Made by a program: the position numbers and the translations under genes. Shown in pieces: positions 1 through 9,166 of a stretch of 44,350 nucleotides of DNA. Within the stretch, counting starts at the first letter, position 1. Each line of letters opens with the position of its first letter. The notes under the pieces were generated by a model. The model ran no database searches. It was not told where the DNA came from and was given only the letters and a program-made list of their open reading frames with translations. The stretch is from an uncultured bacterium (GTDB taxonomy: Bacteria > Chlamydiota > Chlamydiia > Chlamydiales > SM23-39): the NCBI GenBank assembly GCA_964450765.1, contig CAYVDU010000001.1:1-44350 (forward strand), written 5' to 3'.

Positions 1-1415
1 TATGATCGGTCGGACCGAAATACAGGAGGAAGGATGGTAGGAGTGGAAGAGCGAGAGAGAATCCGAAGGGCTTATTTTATAGAGAAGAAGACGATCCGGC
101 GGATCGCGCGGGAATATCACCATAGTTCGCCGGGTGGTGCGGGAGGCCATCAAGGAGAGCACGGTTCCGGTTTACCGGCGCAAGCAGCCTGTCATCCTGC
201 CGGTGATCGGGCCGTCTGTTCCGATGATCGAGCAGTGGCTTCTGGAAGATGAGAGCCGGCCAGAGAAGCAGCGGCACACCGCGCATCGTATTTTTACCCG
301 GCTGACGGAGGAGCAGGGCTTTACCGGATGTGAGTCGAACGTAAGGCGATATGTGCGGCTGAGGCGGCCGAGGCTTGATTCCGTGTTCACTCCGATCGGG
401 CACGCCATTGGGGAGGAGACGCAGGTTGATTTTGGAGAGGCCCAGGTCTTACTTGCGGGGCGGCTGACGACGGTTCATCTGTTTTGTTTTCAACTCTGTT
501 ATTCGGGGCGCCGGTTTGTCCGAGCCTACCGGACCGAGCGGCAGGAGGCCTTCTTCGAGGGGTTGGCCCGCGCGTTGCGCGCAGTCGGCAGGGTTCCGAA
601 GCGGATCACCTTCGATAACCCCAAGACCCTGGTCAAAAAAGTCTTTCGGGGGCATCTGCGGGAAGAGCACCCCAATTTTATTGCGTTTCGGTCGCACTAT
701 CTGTTCGAAGGGAACTTCTGCAACCCTGGCAAGGGGAACGAGAAAGGGCACGTTGAGGGGCTGGTGGGGTGTGTGCCAGAAGAAACGCCCTGGTCCCGAT
801 CCCGGAGGTGGTGGCCACGCTCTCTGAACTGAATTGTATTCTAGAGCAGTGGGGGCAGAGCGATCAGGCCCGGATGTACAAGGCAGAGCGCGTTTTGGAT
901 CGCTTCGAGGCAGAGAGAGTGCATCTGAAGCCGCTGCCTGCGTTCGACTATCCCTGCTGCCGAAGAGAAGAGTCTGCCGTAGGGAGCTACTCGGAAGTGA
1001 GGGTGGGGACCACGGTGCCGGTGGCGTATGCCCATCGGAGCGTCAGCGTTCTGGCCTATCCTGAGAGAGTCGAAGTCCTCTGTCAAGGGGAGGTGATCGC
1101 CCGCCACGGGCCAGAACCAGGATATCCTCGACCCCTACCATTACATTCCGCTGCTTGCCTGTACCCGTGAGGGTGAGAGACGCCCTGCGCTGCTTCACCA
1201 TGGCAAGGCGTTTAAGGGATGGAAACTCCCCGAGATCTTCGAGCGAGTCCGATGCCGTCTGCAAGAAAGAAGCATCCGAGGGGACCGGGGGAATATATCC
1301 GGATCCTCCGCCTTCACGAGCGGCACACGACCGAATGAACGGAGAATCGTACCGCTTCAAGAGCAGCCAGAAACGGATGAAAGAGGATTACCAGGCACAA
1401 GCAACACCCTTATAA
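1..1415 (+). mobile_element. Degraded IS21-family insertion sequence (left-end leader plus istA remnant; no istB helper gene follows)
   Basis: IstA-like segments are spread over all three plus-strand frames. No IstB-like ATPase ORF lies downstream. It sits at the distal end of the EPS cluster. Confidence 0.75.
34..1415 (+). pseudogene. istA: IS21-family transposase IstA, broken by at least 3-4 frameshifts
   Basis: N-terminal HTH piece MVGVEERERIRRAYFIEKKTIRRIAREY (34..). DDE core piece ...GEETQVDFGEAQV...YSGRRFVRAY...FDNPKTLV...NPGKGNEKGHVEGLVG (134..832). Continuation in other frames: 769..1170 PLPAFDYPCC...VRVGTTVPVAYAH; then QDILDPYHYIPLL and GEYIRILRLHE read in further frames. Confidence 0.8.
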
Positions 1416-1816
1416 ACCCGGATGGGGGGGGTGGGTCCATTTTACTTGATCGTTCACATGTACGGGCTCTCTCTTGGCATGCTACGGCACCTCCTCTCTC
1501 GGAGGAGTCTAACAAATGGTGCCAAATAGCGCCAAATAGCGCAAGAACTATACGTCATCATATTTATTAAACAGGGTACTAAGGAAGCGGTTACTTGCCC
1601 CATTTTTGCGCGGCCATCCTCCCGAATGGACAACGCGAAGATCGTCGATCCGGGGGCAAGGATGAGGGCAGGCTGGAAGCCAGGATGTCAAAAAGGGTTA
1701 AAAAAGAGGTGATAACGCAACCCACGCGAGGAACTGTAAGGCGGATTTCCACGAAGAATGGACTTGACTTATATGCTGCTGCAAGTGGGAATTTTGGTGC
1801 AGACAGTTGATTGGGA

Positions 1817-3097
1817 TTAAAGCTCAGAAATAAAATCCGTTTTCTTTTTATTTGCCGATTTTAACTCCATATTGTCAAAGATTTGTACATCAAGATCGTC
1901 CTGGAAATACTTCTTAAACTCGTTGATCAGAAGCGTCAAATGAGGAGAAGTTAAACCGTTTTCTACCTCCACTTTCAGATGACCCCGCTGAGACTGAATT
2001 GCCAAATAATTCAAGATCAAGTCGTGCTCCATCGCAAGATTCTTGAAGACATAATATAAGGTTAGGCTTGGGTATTGATCTTTGTAGCCATAAATAACTT
2101 TTCCGACCCGACCCAAAACATCTTTAATAATATAATGTTGCATTCCACACCGGCATTTTTCTTGCCGATCGATCTCAACATAATCTCCTAATTTAAACCT
2201 GATAATTGGAAATGATTTTGATACCAGGTTCGTCACAATGATTTCATTGTTTTCCTCCTCAACTAAAACCGTTTCCATGTTCATATGCATATTACCGAAC
2301 GGGCACTCAAATGCAATAATCCCAGCTTCAGCCGCTCCATATTCACTGATTATTTTCCTCCCAAACGCCCTCTGAACTTCGACCTGATATTTTTCGAATA
2401 TCTTTTCCGAGGTTCCTTTAACCATCTTTAAGCTAAATTCCGGTCTGGGTTTCTTGGTATTCACCTTTTTCGCAATCTCATAAATCATGGAGGAGTATCC
2501 CCCCAGAAAGGATGCCTTCTTTAGTTTATTTATAAAAACGTCAATTTCATCGTCTTTGTATGAAAATAACCTAAATCTATTCTGAAGCAAATCTAAGAAC
2601 CTTGTCTTAATACGACGCCTTGGCGAGAGGTTATAACCCCATAAATAACCGTTTCTATCCCACGGCTTAACCCCATACCAGTGATAACCCCGATACACAG
2701 ATGCTCTATGCCATGCGTCCCAATCCATATTTCTATAAAATACCAGCGGTTTTCCGGTGCTTCCGGAAGTCTCAGAATAGAATAATTTCTCAGAGCCACT
2801 TTTAATTTGGATTGTTGAAGAATTTTGGAGCAATTCCTGTTTCGTGAGGATCGGAATCTTATTGAGGTCCTCCAGTGATTTGATCGAATCAGGCAGGATA
2901 TTCAATTGTTGAAATTTTTTTTTATAATATTCGGAATGCTGGTATGCATGATCCAGGAGGGCCCTCAGCATCTGAAATTGGTGATTTTGAAGAGTTTTTA
3001 TATCCCAATCCTGGCTTTTTAACAAAAAACCATAGTTTCGGAAGATTTTCTTATTCCGAATGAGAGTCCCGGCCAGGTAGATAATTTTGCTAAACAT
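1817..3097 (-). CDS. CapK-like / phenylacetate-CoA-ligase-family adenylate-forming enzyme (F390-synthetase-like)
   Basis: 426 aa. Adenylation P-loop-like motif SETSGSTGKPLVFY. Length and layout are typical of PaaK/CapK-family capsule enzymes. Confidence 0.7.
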   Translation of the reverse strand: MFSKIIYLAGTLIRNKKIFRNYGFLLKSQDWDIKTLQNHQFQMLRALLDHAYQHSEYYKKKFQQLNILPDSIKSLEDLNKIPILTKQELLQNSSTIQIKSGSEKLFYSETSGSTGKPLVFYRNMDWDAWHRASVYRGYHWYGVKPWDRNGYLWGYNLSPRRRIKTRFLDLLQNRFRLFSYKDDEIDVFINKLKKASFLGGYSSMIYEIAKKVNTKKPRPEFSLKMVKGTSEKIFEKYQVEVQRAFGRKIISEYGAAEAGIIAFECPFGNMHMNMETVLVEEENNEIIVTNLVSKSFPIIRFKLGDYVEIDRQEKCRCGMQHYIIKDVLGRVGKVIYGYKDQYPSLTLYYVFKNLAMEHDLILNYLAIQSQRGHLKVEVENGLTSPHLTLLINEFKKYFQDDLDVQIFDNMELKSANKKKTDFISEL

Positions 3098-3229
3098 ATT
3101 GTCTTCTCAAAGGACGATCTTCTAATCCGGTGGAGCCGGAAAGCGGGGGCTTGCGTCGCCCCTCCACCGGCCTGTGCGTGCCCTCCGCCAAAGCCGGATG
3201 GAGCCTCCCCCTCAACGCTCTCTTCGTTC

Positions 3230-3280
3230 GCTGGCATTGAAAAGATCTACGTAAAAAACGTCGATCTTTTCAATGCCAGC
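3230..3280. repeat. Perfect 18-bp inverted repeat with a 15-nt spacer
   Basis: gctggcattgaaaagatc (3230..3247) is the exact reverse complement of gatcttttcaatgccagc (3263..3280). It lies between two minus-strand genes. Confidence 0.9.
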
Positions 3281-3290
3281 CGCCCCGACC

Positions 3291-4421
3291 TTACACCCTT
3301 CCCAGTCTACGGAGAAAAGATCGCATAAAACTTTGCTTGATAATGTCCAGTTTGTACTGATAAAAATGAGTCAAAAAATAAAAGTAGTTTTCAAGGCGAT
3401 TTCGAATGATTTTTCTATCAGCAATCTTTTTATATTCCTTTTCCATGGAACCTAAGTTTGATATTTGAATATTGCCATGTTGGTCTATATATTTTTCTGT
3501 GAATAGGCTTTTCAAATATTCGAGATGGTTTGTAAACTCCTCTTTCTTCTTGCCTGAAAGAGGGTCTGGCTGAAATAGATCATTTATATATATGGGAATG
3601 AACTCAATATTTGAGATTCCCTCTCTCGAAAATACTGTTTTTAAAATGACCGATCGCCGCGTGTTTGCTTGCCACATATCAAATACAAAGTTCCCCAGGC
3701 TATATGTAATGAGAGCTCCTTTATATCTTTCGACAGTTTGGAGTACGTGAGGATGATGACTGATGACCAAATTTGTGCCATGGTCTACCAATTGGTGAGT
3801 AAAAATAATCTGTTCGGGTGAGGGATACAACATATACTCTTCACCCCAATGCAAAGAGACGATTACGAAGTTCGCCTTATTACGATATGTTTCTACTTCT
3901 TTTAGGATATTCTCTTTTCCTGTCAGAGAATAAGGGACTTCTCCCCCTTTATGGTAATTTTCACAGCAAAGGGAAAAAGAGAGAAGCACGGCCTTGGTTT
4001 CTCCTTTTGTTATCTCATATGGAATACAATGTTCGTGCGTGGACCGTAACCCGGAGACGAATATTTGATGCTCCCTCAACATGCGGATAGTATCCCAAAA
4101 AGCATCCAAGCCATATTCCATACAGTGATTGTTTGCAAAACCAAGAACGTTGAAACCCGCTTCTTTGAGAGCCGGAGCCGAGTTGGGATCTCCTCTGAAT
4201 TCAGCCGACTCTATCTTTTTCCGATCCAATCCGATATCTGAGATCACCGCTTCAAGATTGCCGAAAACAATATCCACCCCATGAAACAGATCTTTTACCT
4301 TCGAAAACAGATAGGAGGGCCCCTTTTTTTCCATCGTTGATCGAACGCCATTCCCAAGCCGAATGGGATGATCACCAAGCATAATGTCCCCTACCGCCAT
4401 TAGAGTGATCTCATCTTTCAT
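3291..4421 (-). CDS. CapA-family (PGA_cap) metallophosphoesterase-fold protein
   Basis: 376 aa. Motifs LMAVGDIMLGDH, FGNLEAVIS, GFANNHCMEYG, VSLHWGEEY and ISHHPHVLQ match the CapA/PGA_cap pattern. Confidence 0.75.
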   Translation of the reverse strand: MKDEITLMAVGDIMLGDHPIRLGNGVRSTMEKKGPSYLFSKVKDLFHGVDIVFGNLEAVISDIGLDRKKIESAEFRGDPNSAPALKEAGFNVLGFANNHCMEYGLDAFWDTIRMLREHQIFVSGLRSTHEHCIPYEITKGETKAVLLSFSLCCENYHKGGEVPYSLTGKENILKEVETYRNKANFVIVSLHWGEEYMLYPSPEQIIFTHQLVDHGTNLVISHHPHVLQTVERYKGALITYSLGNFVFDMWQANTRRSVILKTVFSREGISNIEFIPIYINDLFQPDPLSGKKKEEFTNHLEYLKSLFTEKYIDQHGNIQISNLGSMEKEYKKIADRKIIRNRLENYFYFLTHFYQYKLDIIKQSFMRSFLRRLGRV

Positions 4422-4424
4422 CTT

Positions 4425-5507
4425 TTATCCCACCTCTGTTTGGCTAGAACAATCCTTTTTACTTATCCAGCCTGCAAGGGACAAACGAATTCCAGAAAGC
4501 TCTACTTTAAAGAACAGCTCCGAGAACTGACCCTCCAAATTCAAAGAGAAATCCTCAATAATATGCCGCCGTTTCAACTCAAACGGCCTTTCGTAAGAGT
4601 CATTCGTCCCTGGAATACAACTGAATCCGGCAAGGTAGCCGGCCTCCTTCATCACTTTCAGTACCTTCTCATTATAGTTTCCATTTGGATAACATAAAAA
4701 ATGAACGGGCTTTCTCAATCGGTCTTCAATGATTTTTTTCGATTCGATCAACTCTGCCCTGATTTGATGGTCGTTGATTTGGGTGAGAATCGGGTGACTC
4801 TTGGTGTGAGAACCAAAATAGATATTATTTTTTGACATTTCGCTAACCTCTTGCCATGAAAGCATTGAGGGAAACTCATTGGACCCTTTTGAGCCGGAAA
4901 GGAACTCCAAACCGTGGTTTATTTCGTTGATCTGTTCTAAGTCAAATCTCTTGAGATCTTCAATCAGATTATTAATGGCAGAACGCCGCCGCTCATTCGA
5001 GAGTTTCAAAATACCGATTATTTTTTTTGCCACCCCCTCTGGCCATTTATTTAGCGCATCAGTAATCTCTATGATCGATGTGTGAGAAGGTATTTTGGTC
5101 AGGAGCTTTAATAACCTCTCATGCCAGAGAGTTTGATCCGTCCCGATGTAATCAGTACTAATGAATATGACGGCAGGAACGCCGTGCTTCTTTAGTAATG
5201 GAAAGGCGTGCGTATAATTGTCTCGCCAGCCATCGTCAAAGGTAATAAGGCATGATTCCTGCGGAAAAGATGCGCCACTTGTTATTATTTCCGCCAGTTC
5301 TTCTCCTGAAATGAGGTTGTAATGTCTCTTTAAAAAGACGATTTGATGTTCAAAATTTCTGAGAGAAACAATAAGGGAGTCTTCAGGATTGGGTTCATCT
5401 GCAATCCGGTGATAAGTGAGAACCATAAGGCGATTCAGACGGCTCCTCTTCCAGAAGAGCAGTGGGTATGTGAGTAAGGAGGCGATCTTTTTTATGGCGT
5501 TTCCCAC
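4425..5507 (-). CDS. Polysaccharide deacetylase (NodB homology domain, with an internal insertion of about 100 aa)
   Basis: 360 aa. LTYHRI..., catalytic ITFDDGWRDNY, PAVIFISTDYIG, then ...SHTKSHPIL... after the insertion. Confidence 0.8.
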   Translation of the reverse strand: MGNAIKKIASLLTYPLLFWKRSRLNRLMVLTYHRIADEPNPEDSLIVSLRNFEHQIVFLKRHYNLISGEELAEIITSGASFPQESCLITFDDGWRDNYTHAFPLLKKHGVPAVIFISTDYIGTDQTLWHERLLKLLTKIPSHTSIIEITDALNKWPEGVAKKIIGILKLSNERRRSAINNLIEDLKRFDLEQINEINHGLEFLSGSKGSNEFPSMLSWQEVSEMSKNNIYFGSHTKSHPILTQINDHQIRAELIESKKIIEDRLRKPVHFLCYPNGNYNEKVLKVMKEAGYLAGFSCIPGTNDSYERPFELKRRHIIEDFSLNLEGQFSELFFKVELSGIRLSLAGWISKKDCSSQTEVG

Positions 5508-5568
5508 TGGAGGTATTGCTCACTTTTTAAGTCATATCTCTGGAACTTGATTATAAAAACGGCTGCGA

Positions 5569-6708
5569 TCAATCCGAAGCAGATAACGTCGGTTTTATCT
5601 TCCTCTCTAAAATATCCGCAATCCGTGTTGCTGCCCTCCCATCCCCATACGGATTCGCAACTTGGGCCATCTTCTTATATGTCTCCTGATCTTCTATGAG
5701 CTCCCGCACGTTAGAGACAATCCTATCGGTGTCGGTGCCGACCATTTTTGCGACTCCAGCCTTTATCCCTTCAGGACGCTCCGTCGTCTCTCTGAGGACC
5801 AGTACAGGTTTTCCTAGGGAAGGTGCTTCTTCCTGAACACCACCGGAATCGGTCAAAATGAGGTAAGACTTATTTAACAGATGAATGAAGGCGACATAAT
5901 CCAACGGGTCAATAAGATGGATCCGCTCTGCATTTCTCAGAACCGCATAAACGGATTTTCGGACATTGGGATTGTAGTGAACCGGAATGACGATTTCGAC
6001 ATTTTGAAAGATCTCGGTTATCTTTTTCAACGCACTTAACGTGTTTAGGAGGGGTTTCCCGAAACTCTCCCTTCGATGAGTTGTAACAGAGATCACCTTC
6101 ATCGTCTCGAAGTCGATTTTGCCGAGGATGCTGTCATTGAAGTGATGTTCTTTGCGGATGATCATTTTGAGTGCGTCTATAATAGTATTCCCGGTCACAT
6201 CAATTTCTTTGTTGCTAATGCCTTCTGCAACCAAATTCTCTCTTGCTTTTTCAGTGGGAGCGAAATGAAAATCGGCTAACCCACCAATCAAATGGCGATT
6301 GATTTCTTCCGGAAAAGGGTTGTATTTATCTCCGGTTCTCAATCCGGCCTCGACATGGCCAATTTTAATCTTGCTGTGGTATGCAGCAAGCGCCGCAGCG
6401 AACGCGGAGGTGGTATCTCCCTGAACCAAGACGACGTCCGGTTGGATTTCGTTTAAAAGTGGCGGTAGTTTTTTAAGAATATTGATTACAATGGTATTGA
6501 GTGTCTGCTCCTTCTCCATGATAGAAAGGTCATGGTCAGGAACAATAGAAAAGAGATTGAGATAGTGCTCCACCATTTCTTTGTGTTGACCGGTGATAAT
6601 CACCTTGTGGTCGAAGCTCGGTCGCCGTCCGAGCTCTTCAATGACGGGTGCCATCTTAATTGTTTCCGGTCTTGTCCCAAAGATGGATAATACTTTAATT
6701 TTGTTCAT
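5569..6708 (-). CDS. wecB: UDP-N-acetylglucosamine 2-epimerase (non-hydrolysing)
   Basis: 379 aa. N-terminus KVLSIFGTRPETIKMAPVIEEL, then VQGDTTSAFAAALAAYH, GHVEAGLRT, LTDSGGVQEEAPSLGKPVLVLRETTERPEG. Confidence 0.9.
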   Translation of the reverse strand: MNKIKVLSIFGTRPETIKMAPVIEELGRRPSFDHKVIITGQHKEMVEHYLNLFSIVPDHDLSIMEKEQTLNTIVINILKKLPPLLNEIQPDVVLVQGDTTSAFAAALAAYHSKIKIGHVEAGLRTGDKYNPFPEEINRHLIGGLADFHFAPTEKARENLVAEGISNKEIDVTGNTIIDALKMIIRKEHHFNDSILGKIDFETMKVISVTTHRRESFGKPLLNTLSALKKITEIFQNVEIVIPVHYNPNVRKSVYAVLRNAERIHLIDPLDYVAFIHLLNKSYLILTDSGGVQEEAPSLGKPVLVLRETTERPEGIKAGVAKMVGTDTDRIVSNVRELIEDQETYKKMAQVANPYGDGRAATRIADILERKIKPTLSASD

Positions 6709-6736
6709 TGTTTTCGTCGACTTACGATCTCACGTT

Positions 6737-7963
6737 TCAGATCAGGGAAGATTCATGGCGTTGTAGCCGCTCTTGATGGATTCCTTCAACCATATTATTC
6801 AAAACGTTAGAATCCCGATCCCAATTATACCGCTTTCTTACCGCCTCCCTCCCCCTTTCTCCAAATTGCTTCATCACGGAGGCGTTACCAATCATCTGCA
6901 TGACGGTCTCAATAAAACTGTCTACATCCTCGGCCTCAAAGACCAATCCGCACTTCTCTTCATTGACAATCCGTTTGAGGGGTTTGGCACTTGATACAAT
7001 TACCGGTTTTCCGCAAACCATGTAGTCAAAAAGCTTATTTGGGACGGTCGTGTTTTTATGTTCGGTTGCATGATGTGGAATGATTCCGATATCGCTCGCA
7101 GCAATCAACGCAGGGATTTCATTCGGGGTTACCCAGCCGAGTAACTCGACATGGTTTTCCATCTTTAATTCTGTCCGGAGTTTTCTTAGGGCCTCAAGAT
7201 CGTCGCCATCCCCGATGATTACCAGCAGCAGATTACTGCATTCTTTTATCAAACGTGGCATTGCCCGGACGGCTACTCTCAATCCTCTGGCCCGATTAAC
7301 ATAGCCTTGATATAGCAATACGGTTTTCCCACGCCACCTTTCTATAAAGCCGGAAGCGCGGCTTAAATGTTTCTCAATTTCGTCGATGTTGGGAGTGTTG
7401 CCGACAATCGATATCTTTCCCTCTTGAACGCCCAAAGCGACTAAGTGTTTTTTTGCTTCGTCAACAACAACCAGGCTATGATCAACCAGTTTAAGACAGC
7501 ATCTTTCCAGGTACTTTCCTAGAACAGGATTTTTTAGGACAAAATTTGATACCTTAAACCCGTGGGTTCGAGCGACTTCGGCCCAAAGGGCAGGATAGTT
7601 TTCAGCCATATCGAATACCGTTGGAATCCCGCGCATTTTCGCGACTACGGCGCCGTTTAATACCAAGGGCAGATCTCTTGTGATGATAAGATCAATTCGA
7701 TGCTCTCTACAGACCCGTGATATTTCTAGATACCAAAATGGATTTATAAAAAAGGGAATTGAGAATACGGCGTTTAAGGAGCTGTTATTAAATGATCGAA
7801 GACGATGCACATGGATACCGTCGAGGTTTTCATAGAGAGGGAGCCTTTTCAGATTTCTGGCAATGATGTGTACTTCATGTCCGAAGCGTATGAGTGACTT
7901 GCTGATCTTTTCGACACGAACATCCCAGGGATAATCGTTCTTCCATAGAATGGCGATTTTCAC
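6737..7963 (-). CDS. Glycosyltransferase, GT4 (GT-B fold) family
   Basis: 408 aa. C-terminal GT-B signature ...IGIIPHHATEHKNTTVPNKLFDYMVCGKPVIVS... and a typical N-terminal MKIAIL start. Confidence 0.8.
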   Translation of the reverse strand: MKIAILWKNDYPWDVRVEKISKSLIRFGHEVHIIARNLKRLPLYENLDGIHVHRLRSFNNSSLNAVFSIPFFINPFWYLEISRVCREHRIDLIITRDLPLVLNGAVVAKMRGIPTVFDMAENYPALWAEVARTHGFKVSNFVLKNPVLGKYLERCCLKLVDHSLVVVDEAKKHLVALGVQEGKISIVGNTPNIDEIEKHLSRASGFIERWRGKTVLLYQGYVNRARGLRVAVRAMPRLIKECSNLLLVIIGDGDDLEALRKLRTELKMENHVELLGWVTPNEIPALIAASDIGIIPHHATEHKNTTVPNKLFDYMVCGKPVIVSSAKPLKRIVNEEKCGLVFEAEDVDSFIETVMQMIGNASVMKQFGERGREAVRKRYNWDRDSNVLNNMVEGIHQERLQRHESSLI

Positions 7964-7981
7964 AACCGTACTCCAAGATAA

Positions 7982-9166
7982 CTATTTTTGTTCTGTTTCC
8001 CCAGTCCATTGCCCGATGAGATCGGAATACAAAGACAAGTACGCTGCGACCATGTTGGCAGATGAAAACTTTGTCCGAACCAATTTTCTTCCAGCGGAGG
8101 AGATCCTGTCGATCAAAACCCTGTTTTCAATGAGCTCAATCACCGCTTTTGAGATAGCTTCTGGATCAGCAGGAGGAACTAACAGCCCTTCGCTCCGATG
8201 ACCAATCACTTCTGGAATTCCGCCGACATGACTGGCTACAACCGGTTTTCCATACGCCATTCCTTCAAGGAGTGAAATCGGGAGTCCTTCAGACAACGAA
8301 GGGAGGATAAATAAATCGATCATTTCCATAAATGGGTCTATGTTTTTGATGTATCCGATTAACTTCACATGATCTGAAAGATTCTGTTGGTTGATTAACG
8401 TCTCCAACTCATTTCTTAATGGGCCCTCGCCGGCGATAACCAGCCGGCAATTTTTTACTTTATTTAGAATCGAGGGAAGTGCCTGAATAAGGTAACGATG
8501 TCCCTTAATCGGTGCAAGGCGTCCCAGCGTGCCTATTACAAAGTCCGTATCAGAAACTCCATGCTGCCGTCGGACTTCTGATCTGGAAGATCGGGATTTT
8601 TCGGCATCGATTGTGATTCCGTTATAAACCAAATTTATTTTTGCCCGTGTCAGCCCACGTTTCGCCAGATCATCTTTTACTCCTTCAGAAACGGCAACCA
8701 CCGTGTCCATTCTGTTTAGAGCAAACGAATCGAGAAGTTCATAGGTCCGGCCTATTAGATTCGCCGATTTTTTTGACCATCCATGAACCGATGCAATCGT
8801 TTTGAATTTTTTCCGAAGCAAAAGCATTAGATAAATATCCGACTTGTACCCATGAGTGTGAATAATTCTAACTTGATTCTTTGAAATAAATTTTCCGATT
8901 CGAATAAGCCCGAGAGGATTAAATCCCCGTCTCATGGTAAAATAATGAACCTTTATCTTATAAGATTCGGCTTCTCTTGCGAGTTCTGGAACGTCAGTGT
9001 CGCTCTCTCTAATACATCCCAATGTGCCCGGAAAATGGGAGTCACGCAGTCCTCGAAGAAGGGTCAATACGACTTTTTCGGCCCCATACATTCCAGCGCT
9101 GTCAATTAAATGTAAAACTGGGGTTTGTTTTTGTGCCTTCATAGACAGCACGGTATAACTCCTCAT
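7982..9166 (-). CDS. Glycosyltransferase, GT4 family
   Basis: 394 aa. VLHLIDSAGMYGAEKV N-terminal motif and E-x7-E region LPSLSEGLPISLLEGMAYGKPVVASHVGGIPEV. The ATG at 9166 has an AAGG 5 nt upstream; an alternative ATG lies at 9142. Confidence 0.8.
   Translation of the reverse strand: MRSYTVLSMKAQKQTPVLHLIDSAGMYGAEKVVLTLLRGLRDSHFPGTLGCIRESDTDVPELAREAESYKIKVHYFTMRRGFNPLGLIRIGKFISKNQVRIIHTHGYKSDIYLMLLLRKKFKTIASVHGWSKKSANLIGRTYELLDSFALNRMDTVVAVSEGVKDDLAKRGLTRAKINLVYNGITIDAEKSRSSRSEVRRQHGVSDTDFVIGTLGRLAPIKGHRYLIQALPSILNKVKNCRLVIAGEGPLRNELETLINQQNLSDHVKLIGYIKNIDPFMEMIDLFILPSLSEGLPISLLEGMAYGKPVVASHVGGIPEVIGHRSEGLLVPPADPEAISKAVIELIENRVLIDRISSAGRKLVRTKFSSANMVAAYLSLYSDLIGQWTGETEQK

Noticed and set aside
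1595-1810. Plus-strand ORF of 71 aa in the gap after the IS21 remnant.
   Set aside because: It has a TTG start, no RBS, no recognisable family and a basic low-complexity sequence. It is more likely non-coding IS or junction debris.
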